This document shows positions 57,323 through 64,000 of a stretch of 64,000 nucleotides of DNA, piece after piece. This DNA comes from an uncultured Clostridia bacterium (lineage in GTDB: Bacteria; Bacillota; Clostridia; Oscillospirales; Ruminococcaceae), in contig CAUWNS010000002.1 in assembly GCA_963560245.1 (NCBI GenBank), positions 17,591 to 81,590 on the forward strand, read 5' to 3'. The position numbers were made by a program, and so were the translations under genes. The first letter of the stretch is position 1. Each line of letters starts with the position of its first letter. The notes beneath the pieces are model-generated. The model saw nothing but the letters and a program-made list of their open reading frames with translations, searched no databases and was not told where the DNA came from.

Positions 57323-58084
57323 GTGAAACAATTGAATAAAAAAGTTGCCATTGTAACCGGCGCCGGCCAGGGGATCGGCAAAGGCATCGCGCTTTGTCTG
57401 GCAAAGCGCGGCGTAAAAATTATTGCGACCGGCCGCCGCCTTGAGCCCATTGAGCAGACCATTTCTGAAATAAAAGAGCTCGGCGGAGAAGGGTTTGCTA
57501 TGAGCTGCGATTCTGCGGATCGCGCAAGAGTAGAAGAGGTAGTCAAAGCCGCCGTTGACACTTACGGTGCGATTGACGTAATTGTCAATAACGGCCAGGC
57601 AATTGTTCCCTCCGCAACCGTTGAAGACACCACATATGACAATATGCTAAAAGCATGGCAGAGCGGCGTCATCGGTTCTCTCAACTACATGCAGGCTGCG
57701 TTTCCCTATATGAAGGAACAGCATGAGGGAAGAATTATAAACTTTGCTTCTGCTACCGGAATGTTTGGTATTGCAAACCAGCTCGCCTATGGATCAAACA
57801 AAGAGGCTCTGCGCGGACTGACAAAAATTGCCGCAAAAGAATGGGGTCAGTATGGTATCTGCGTGAACGTAGTCCTTCCCGGCGCAGAATCCCCAGCGGC
57901 AAAAGCATGGGCTCAGAAATTCCCAGAAGAATATGCAAAACAGGTCAATTTGAACCCCATGAAGAGATTTGGAGATCCGGAAACAGACATTGCACCGGTC
58001 ATTGCTTTCCTTGCCGGCCCGGATTCCTGTTATTTCTCCGGCCAGAGCGTCATCGTAGACGGCGCAAATTCCATCATGCCGTAA
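57323..58084 (+). CDS. SDR family oxidoreductase
   Basis: TGAGQGIGKG Rossmann motif and YGSNK catalytic motif. GTG start with SD GGGAGGAA. Confidence 0.9.
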   Translation: MKQLNKKVAIVTGAGQGIGKGIALCLAKRGVKIIATGRRLEPIEQTISEIKELGGEGFAMSCDSADRARVEEVVKAAVDTYGAIDVIVNNGQAIVPSATVEDTTYDNMLKAWQSGVIGSLNYMQAAFPYMKEQHEGRIINFASATGMFGIANQLAYGSNKEALRGLTKIAAKEWGQYGICVNVVLPGAESPAAKAWAQKFPEEYAKQVNLNPMKRFGDPETDIAPVIAFLAGPDSCYFSGQSVIVDGANSIMP

Positions 58085-58156
58085 TTGTCAATCGACTCGG
58101 CATACGCTGCAAACAGAAACTGATACAAAATACGATCCAAGCATGCACAAACAATA

Positions 58157-58196
58157 CGGCAAAAAGCGGCAGGAAAATTCCTGCCGCTTTTTGCCG
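58157..58196. terminator. Bidirectional terminator between convergent SDR and YfhO genes
   Basis: Long palindrome CGGCAAAAAGCGGCAGG..CCTGCCGCTTTTTGCCG. Confidence 0.85.
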
Positions 58197-58219
58197 TGCG
58201 TTTGTATATCAGGATATGA

Positions 58220-60886
58220 CTACTGAAAAAAATTCCTAATCAGATAGACGGCCACGGGCATAAGGTAAAGCAAAGCGAATACGGCCCCTCCCAAAACGGA
58301 GAGCGCCACAATTGCCGGCTTTTCCAAGACTGCAAGGACAAGTTTGCCCCTCCTCTGCAAAATAACCAGAGCCGCCGTTAATACCGTACCGGCCAGGGAC
58401 AGCGCCGCGCCGGCAGGCAATCCAGGAGGCAGATAGGTGATGGAAATCGCATTTTCCCCTTCCTCTAAAGGGATTGCCATAAAACAATCAAACACACGGG
58501 AATACTCCCGCTTTTGGCCGTTGACCTGTACTGTAAAACCGCGATCATATGGAATACTGAGGAAAAGCGTATCCCCGGCCTGTGCATTTGCCGTGCCTGT
58601 AATCCCGCTGTTTTCCACCTTCAAATCAGCGGTTCTCGCCCCGGACAGGATTTGAGAAACCCGTTCGTCCTCCATGGAAAAAACGCCAAAAGAGGAGACG
58701 TCCATATCCTTTTTGACCCGGAGAGTGATCAGGAGTTCTTTTGTTGTATGTTCTGCCAGTGCGTACAGCCCGTTTGATTTCTGCGTCGGGTACCCCTGCA
58801 TCACCGTTACCCCGTTGACCGAGATATCAAACGCGCTGTAATAGGGCTGGCTCAGCGCGTTGCTGACCGAACCAAAACAGTCAAAATACACCGTACGGGG
58901 CTGTTCCGTTGCGGGCAACAGATATTCCAGCAGAGCTGTTTCCCCCGGGGCCGTTTCCCGTTCCAGATGATATTCCCCGTCAAAGTACAACTGCACTCCG
59001 GAAGTATAGACGGGCCGATATTCCTGTACCAGGGTTTCCTGCGTCCCAAACAACGTTTGCAAGACCTGTTCGTTGACATAGGGCCTTTGAATCATAGGAA
59101 GTTCTTCCCATCCGTCCAAATCCGCCTGGGTCAGCAGGCCGAGCGGAAGCGTCCCGCTGTTTTCTATAATTTGATATTTCTCGTTTTTATAAACCGAATT
59201 CCCATTCGCATCAGAACCAGCCCAGGTAATACTGTATTTATTTTGCAGCAAAGCATCGCTGAACCGCGTCCCACCAACAGAACTGACTTCCATCCAATAG
59301 GAAGAATACCCGAGTTTTTTAATCCCGGACATATAATTTTGAGACGTCAGTGACGTATAGTGATTCAGGGTAGAATATCCCGCGGCTCCGGTCAGATTGA
59401 GATCATAGCTTTTTTCCAGATTTTTTACCCGGTAAAAACTGTCATCCTGTATGCGATCCTCCAAATCCATAACGCTTCGGTAATTATAATCCCCACGCTG
59501 CGGAAAAAAGGTGAGGACATAAAACGAACTTTCCGCACACACCAGAAAACAAAAGAACAGGCAGAATACCCTCCTTGTCATCACACGGCTGCGATACATC
59601 ACATAGCAGGAAAAGTAACCCAGAACCAGGATCAATACGAACATTAAAAACAGGGCAAGGGATCGGCTGTTTCCCCAAAGGGTTTTGACATAGACCCCCA
59701 GATCCTGTTTATGCCGGACAAGCAGCGCTGTGCCCGCACCCAATGCGAGCGCCAAAAAAGCGATTCCGGCAAATACCGCCCATTTTTTAGACCGGAAAGG
59801 TTCCTGGATCGGGCGCTGCTGGAGTACCTCCGCCGCAAGGATTAATCCCAGGAAAATGGTAATATAGCCATATCTTCCGGGGAATGCCTGGTAACTCCCT
59901 GTATGCCACATTTTATTGACGGGCTCAATGACCATGGGAACTGCCAGAAGCAAAAAGCTGAAGACAACTACTTTTTGTTCCTTAACCGAATCCAATCCAA
60001 GGGCAGTCCTGCATATTCGATACAAAAACACCGGGATCAGATATGCCGTACAGAGCAGGAGCATACCTATCGTATCCATCCGGGTGAAGAAATCCCCTTT
60101 GCAGAGGCTGGCAAAAACATTTTCCCCGCGGGCGGAACTGAAATACTGCATCAGAGAAGGCAGCCATACCACAGCTGTAAGCAGTCCCGCGCCAATAGTC
60201 CCGATACCAAGCGACACCACAGCCTGTCCGCACCGCAACTCCCTGAAGGAAAAGAAGACCCATAGACAGCTGCACAGCACCAAAAAGGCAAGCAGCATAT
60301 AGCTGAGATAGAAATGGACTGTAATCATGGCGGACAGGCAGAGAAGATAGGGGAGAAAGCGCCCTGTTTCTGCCAGATGATGCACAGCGATCAGCAGAAG
60401 AGGAAACAGATACATCATATCCAGCCAGACAAGATTCTGGTAAAATAGCATGACATATCCGCAAAAAGCATAGGACACAGAAAGCGCAGTGACAAACCCC
60501 AGTTCCAATTTTGGAAACAGTTTTGAAAAAAACAGGGCGGCCGTCCCGGCACACACCGCCATTTTCAGCATAACCAGGATATTCATAAAAAGATACATAT
60601 CCGACTTGTCCACAAAAGCAGTCAAAAAAGAAAACGGGCTTGCAAGAAAAAACAGGAGCACACCCCAAAAATTCATTCCGCCCGCATTTTGAACATTGAA
60701 AAACAGCCCCTGTTTCCCAAGCAAAATATCCCGGAAGTCATCCATCAGAGGGATCACCTGCTGATTCATATCCCCCCAGGAAACGGACATTTCTCCAAAC
60801 GGAAACAGGCCGCCAGCCGCATAAATGACAGCCAGTATGCCAACCACGGCGAGCATTGGCAGCACCACTTTGAATCGTTTTTCCAT
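58220..60886 (-). CDS. YfhO family membrane protein (putative glycosyl carrier/transferase)
   Basis: 888 aa. About 13 N-terminal TM helices, a large extracytoplasmic domain and a C-terminal TM, as in the YfhO family. Confidence 0.8.
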   Translation of the reverse strand: MEKRFKVVLPMLAVVGILAVIYAAGGLFPFGEMSVSWGDMNQQVIPLMDDFRDILLGKQGLFFNVQNAGGMNFWGVLLFFLASPFSFLTAFVDKSDMYLFMNILVMLKMAVCAGTAALFFSKLFPKLELGFVTALSVSYAFCGYVMLFYQNLVWLDMMYLFPLLLIAVHHLAETGRFLPYLLCLSAMITVHFYLSYMLLAFLVLCSCLWVFFSFRELRCGQAVVSLGIGTIGAGLLTAVVWLPSLMQYFSSARGENVFASLCKGDFFTRMDTIGMLLLCTAYLIPVFLYRICRTALGLDSVKEQKVVVFSFLLLAVPMVIEPVNKMWHTGSYQAFPGRYGYITIFLGLILAAEVLQQRPIQEPFRSKKWAVFAGIAFLALALGAGTALLVRHKQDLGVYVKTLWGNSRSLALFLMFVLILVLGYFSCYVMYRSRVMTRRVFCLFFCFLVCAESSFYVLTFFPQRGDYNYRSVMDLEDRIQDDSFYRVKNLEKSYDLNLTGAAGYSTLNHYTSLTSQNYMSGIKKLGYSSYWMEVSSVGGTRFSDALLQNKYSITWAGSDANGNSVYKNEKYQIIENSGTLPLGLLTQADLDGWEELPMIQRPYVNEQVLQTLFGTQETLVQEYRPVYTSGVQLYFDGEYHLERETAPGETALLEYLLPATEQPRTVYFDCFGSVSNALSQPYYSAFDISVNGVTVMQGYPTQKSNGLYALAEHTTKELLITLRVKKDMDVSSFGVFSMEDERVSQILSGARTADLKVENSGITGTANAQAGDTLFLSIPYDRGFTVQVNGQKREYSRVFDCFMAIPLEEGENAISITYLPPGLPAGAALSLAGTVLTAALVILQRRGKLVLAVLEKPAIVALSVLGGAVFALLYLMPVAVYLIRNFFQ

Positions 60887-60988
60887 CCCGGCACCTCGTA
60901 TAATAGATTCTCTGGTTAGTTTAAAGGATTATCAGGAAAAACACAAGAAGAAAATGTAAATAATTTCCTATTCAGGCCGATTTCTTGT

Positions 60989-61022
60989 AAAAAAAAGAAA
61001 AGCGGAGGAAATTTCCTCCGCT
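60989..61022 (-). terminator. Rho-independent terminator after the antiporter gene
   Basis: AGCGGAGGAAA/TTTCCTCCGCT palindrome. Long T-run on the minus strand. Confidence 0.85.
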
Positions 61023-61040
61023 TTTCCCGCTGTTTTCCCA

Positions 61041-62300
61041 TTAAGCCAGGCCGTTTTCCTCAAACTGGCTGTCAATATCACGGACCACTTGGAGCTCGCT
61101 GTCGGAGCCATCTTTCCCTTCAGGGGTCGGGGGATCGTTTTTATACAAGACTTTGAGCAGTATCGGTGTGGCAACGGTGGACACAATGACCAGGACTATA
61201 ACCGCCGCAAACAAAGCCGGCTGGATAATCCCGGCACTGGCACCCTTTTGCGCCACGATCAACGCCACTTCCCCGCGGGACATCATGCCCACGCCGATGC
61301 GCAGGGCATCCTTATTACTGAAATGAAAGGGCTTTGCAAACAACCCGCATCCTACCACTTTTGTCAGCAGGCCGACTATGGTAAGGACAATGGTAAACCA
61401 GAGCATATCAATCCCGACTTCCCGGAGATTGGTATTGATACCGATGCTTGCAAAAAAGATTGGCCCAAAAATCATGTAAGAAGTCACATCAATTTTACGG
61501 ACAATGTAGCTGGTCGAACGGATATTGCAAAGGATAATCCCGGCAAAGAACGCGCCGGTGATATCGGCAACACCGAAGAAGTGCTCCGCCGCATAGGACA
61601 GCAGCAGGCAGAACACCAGGCCCAGAATTGGAATCCGGCGCTGTTCCACTTTCCGCTTTTCCAGTTTTTTAAACAGGATATGGGCTCCAAACCCAATAAG
61701 CAGGACAAAAACAAAAAAGCAAATTGTGCTGATAACTACCTGCAGCGGGCTGCCGGCAGAGGTATCCTTCATGCCAATTACAAAGGTGAGGACAATAATT
61801 CCGATGATATCATCAATGATAGCGGCGCCCAAAATCGCCGTTCCCACACGGCCTTTCAGCTTCCCGAGTTCTCGCAGGGTCTCCACGGTAATGCTGACGG
61901 AAGTCGCAGTCAATATGACGCCGACAAAAACCGCCTCAATAAAGCCCTGGCTGCCCACCGGAGAGAATCCGTAAAACAAACTGTAAACCAGATACCCGCC
62001 GCCAAGTGAAACCACTACGCCTGCTACGGCAATCACAAAAGCTGCGAGACCCGTCTTTTTCAGTTCCTGCAGGTCTGTCTCCAGTCCTGCGGTGAACATC
62101 AGCATAATGACGCCGATCTCCGCCATTTTTGAAATAAAATCACTTTCATGTACAATGTTAAAACAACTCGGTCCAATCAAAAGGCCGGCAAGAATTGCCC
62201 CCACTACCTGCGGCAAGCTGATCCTCTTTGTAAAGATCCCCAGCAGCTTTGTCAACAGGAGAATGATGGCCAGATCAAGAAAAAAACCATATGACAGCAT
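61041..62300 (-). CDS. Cation:proton antiporter (CPA2 / Na+/H+ exchanger family)
   Basis: About 12 TM. Typical N-terminus (LLLTKLLGIFTKRISLPQVVGAILAGLLIGP). Confidence 0.9.
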   Translation of the reverse strand: MLSYGFFLDLAIILLLTKLLGIFTKRISLPQVVGAILAGLLIGPSCFNIVHESDFISKMAEIGVIMLMFTAGLETDLQELKKTGLAAFVIAVAGVVVSLGGGYLVYSLFYGFSPVGSQGFIEAVFVGVILTATSVSITVETLRELGKLKGRVGTAILGAAIIDDIIGIIVLTFVIGMKDTSAGSPLQVVISTICFFVFVLLIGFGAHILFKKLEKRKVEQRRIPILGLVFCLLLSYAAEHFFGVADITGAFFAGIILCNIRSTSYIVRKIDVTSYMIFGPIFFASIGINTNLREVGIDMLWFTIVLTIVGLLTKVVGCGLFAKPFHFSNKDALRIGVGMMSRGEVALIVAQKGASAGIIQPALFAAVIVLVIVSTVATPILLKVLYKNDPPTPEGKDGSDSELQVVRDIDSQFEENGLA

Positions 62301-62490
62301 CTGTTACCCTTCCTTTTTTCCAGATTCCACACCGGCTTGCTTTGGAGCAATCCGGTATACCCCCATCCGCATTTCCAGATTTTCTTTACCCTGGCAAAAG
62401 TATCCCTTTGACAGAAAAAAGAAAACCTGCAAACTGCATCCTTTTCTCAGGCAAAATCCCAAATTTACATGTTCTTTTACCTGAACGGCG

Positions 62491-62519
62491 TTTACTACCG
62501 GTACAAATTGTAGTATAAT
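62491..62519 (+). promoter_or_regulatory. Promoter (TTTACT-17 nt-TATAAT) for the tandem Crp/Fnr gene
   Basis: TTTACT 62491-62496 and TATAAT 62514-62519. About 185-nt leader. Confidence 0.55.
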
Positions 62520-62533
62520 TGAAAATAGAATTC

Positions 62534-62549
62534 TGTGATTTTGATTACA
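62534..62549 (+). promoter_or_regulatory. CRP-like box copy 1 (TGTGATTTTGATTACA)
   Basis: TGTGA-N6-TTACA about 15 nt downstream of the -10 hexamer. Near-identical to copy 2. Confidence 0.4.
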
Positions 62550-62675
62550 TTTTTGACAACCATTTTTCACAATCATTTCTCCACAGTAAAGCGTAGTCTT
62601 TGTCATCATTTTCACATGGAATTCCTTTTTAGGGGATGATCTCGTGCCACCCCCTCCCTTAACATGAATTTAATC

Positions 62676-62691
62676 CGTGATTTTGATGACA
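62676..62691 (+). promoter_or_regulatory. CRP-like box copy 2 (CGTGATTTTGATGACA)
   Basis: 14 of 16 positions identical to copy 1. Abuts the SD ACGGAGGA of the Crp/Fnr ORF. Confidence 0.4.
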
Positions 62692-62707
62692 ACGGAGGAT
62701 AGCCCGC

Positions 62708-64000
62708 ATGGCAGACGTCTTTAATACCATCAAAAACTGCGCCCTGTTCGAGGGGTTTTCCGAATTGGAAATCCTGAGTATTTTGTCGGAACTGGGATAC
62801 AGCATCAAAAGTTATCCGGCCGGCGAAACCGTTTACCACGACGATCTGGACAAGCCGGGGAGCCTGGGATGCGTTTATCTGATTTTAGCGGGGGAAGTAT
62901 CTCTAGCGCTGCTCAGGGATACCGTCCTGGAACATCAGCTGAGAATCCTGAAAGCCGGCAATATGTTCGGGGTTGTGCTCGCTTTCAGTAAAATCCCACA
63001 CATTGCCTACTCTTACCAGACGCTGAGCGAAACCGTTTTAATGCGGATTCCGGTTGCCTTTTTCGGCGGCGCTTCCCGCAGAACAGGCCGCCTGCTGCAT
63101 ACCCGTGTACTTTTGAATTTTCTAAAAATTACGGAGGACAAGGCTGTATTCCTTTACCAGAAGATCTCATGTCTAAAATCGCTGACTGTCCGGGAACGAA
63201 TTGTAAAATACCTTTCCACACTGGACGAGGATATGCCGCAGCATCCAGGATATACACGTTCCCAGCTTGCCAATTACCTGGGAATTTCCAGAGAAGCCCT
63301 TTCCAGGGGGTTATCCGGAATGCAGAAAGAAGGGCTGATTGAAAAAGAGGGAGGGGGAATCCGGATCGTGGAACCCTCCGCATTTTTACCTCCGCAGACA
63401 CCGGAAACGCCCCCGAAAAACAGGCGTTTTTCCATCTGCAAACTGCCGGATATCTCCACTATAAGCACCCTCGCGCTGTTTGAACACCTTTCTCCTGCGG
63501 AGATCAGCCGATTTCTGCAATTAACCCATGCAAAATGCATCCATGTTCCGGAAGGAGAATTTCTCTACCGCCGGGGAGCAGCGGAAGGGAATCTCTATAT
63601 CCTTTTACAGGGCACGCTGTCCCTGCTGTTTGAAGAAAATACCCATCCCCACCTGATCTCCCAACTGGAAAAAGGAGACATAACCGGGGACACCGCCTTT
63701 TTTTCTTCCAAGCACCACTTCGACATATCCTGCAAGGCCTATACGGATTCTATGATACTGGTCATCCAGGGGGAAGCGTTTTTATCCCCTTTTACCGGAG
63801 GACTGGAAGGACAGGAGGCCATTTTATATAATCTGTTTACCCTGATCAGCCGGAAAATTTCCGCATTGAGAGATAAGGTCCATCTGCTTTCCAATCCCGC
63901 AGCCCGACAGCGCATTCTCTGGTATCTTTACTCCCTTCAGCAGCGATACCGCACTTCCGTGCTTACACCCCCTTTAAACCGGGAGCATATGGCGCAATAT
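62708..64000 (+). CDS. Crp/Fnr-family regulator with two complete modules in tandem (partial, runs off the window)
   Basis: ATG 62708 preceded by SD GGAGGA. 431 codons translated by hand with no stop up to 64000. Module 1 has a cNMP-binding-like barrel plus HTH (YTRSQLANYLGISREALSRGLSGMQKEGLI). Linker is PPQTPETPPKNRR. Module 2 has a barrel (LALFEHLSPAEISRF..NLYILLQGTLSLL), a C-helix, and the start of a second HTH (LNREHMAQY). Confidence 0.8.
   Translation, partial: MADVFNTIKNCALFEGFSELEILSILSELGYSIKSYPAGETVYHDDLDKPGSLGCVYLILAGEVSLALLRDTVLEHQLRILKAGNMFGVVLAFSKIPHIAYSYQTLSETVLMRIPVAFFGGASRRTGRLLHTRVLLNFLKITEDKAVFLYQKISCLKSLTVRERIVKYLSTLDEDMPQHPGYTRSQLANYLGISREALSRGLSGMQKEGLIEKEGGGIRIVEPSAFLPPQTPETPPKNRRFSICKLPDISTISTLALFEHLSPAEISRFLQLTHAKCIHVPEGEFLYRRGAAEGNLYILLQGTLSLLFEENTHPHLISQLEKGDITGDTAFFSSKHHFDISCKAYTDSMILVIQGEAFLSPFTGGLEGQEAILYNLFTLISRKISALRDKVHLLSNPAARQRILWYLYSLQQRYRTSVLTPPLNREHMAQY

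Noticed and set aside
1-64000. CRISPR arrays, IS elements, integrases, prophage or known defence-system genes
   Set aside because: No spaced direct-repeat arrays were seen on reading the sequence. No ORF in the track shows transposase, recombinase, Cas, restriction-modification, reverse-transcriptase or capsid/terminase-like motifs.

Overview
This window looks like a chromosomal segment of a Firmicutes/Clostridia-type genome. It uses the standard code: TGA terminates housekeeping genes such as birA. Genes have Shine-Dalgarno leaders and there are many Rho-independent terminators. Bacillus-like synteny is present (yabM-like flippase, mazG, hup, yabO-like S4 gene) together with a recJ-relA-dtd-MBL-hemZ block. 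I call about 60 protein genes, three pseudogene-like remnants and one tRNA-Arg(CCU). I saw no rRNA, CRISPR array, transposase, integrase or phage structural genes. Most content is housekeeping: tadA, birA, apbE, pyrE, queT, trkH-like, cdaA-cdaR, relA, recJ, dtd, hemZ, punA plus a nucleoside deaminase, HU and mazG. The parts that stand out are listed here. (1) A low-GC five-gene operon (21.36-26.96 kb) joins sugar-type ABC importer parts (lipoprotein SBP plus MalF/MalG-like permeases) to a MacA/HlyD-like adaptor and a MacB-periplasmic-domain-like membrane protein, with no ATPase. An orphan MacB-type ATPase sits 17 kb away. (2) A DUF2975-like/XRE-HTH/zinc-ribbon membrane gene cluster is preceded by a 29-bp perfect inverted repeat that overlaps its promoter. 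(3) A decayed accessory islet lies around tRNA-Arg(CCU), with two small genes each interrupted by one in-frame TGA. (4) A candidate ~100-nt small RNA with its own promoter, a C-rich anti-SD motif and a terminator lies downstream of tadA. (5) A candidate class-I preQ1 riboswitch precedes queT, and terminator-like leader hairpins precede an amidohydrolase gene and a MATE gene. (6) At the right edge, an ORF absent from the supplied track (no stop inside the window) encodes two complete Crp/Fnr-type modules in tandem, preceded by two copies of a CRP-like 16-mer. I did not find an unambiguous novel multi-gene system; the findings are candidates ranked by interest. All functional calls rest on motifs read by eye, with no database search.
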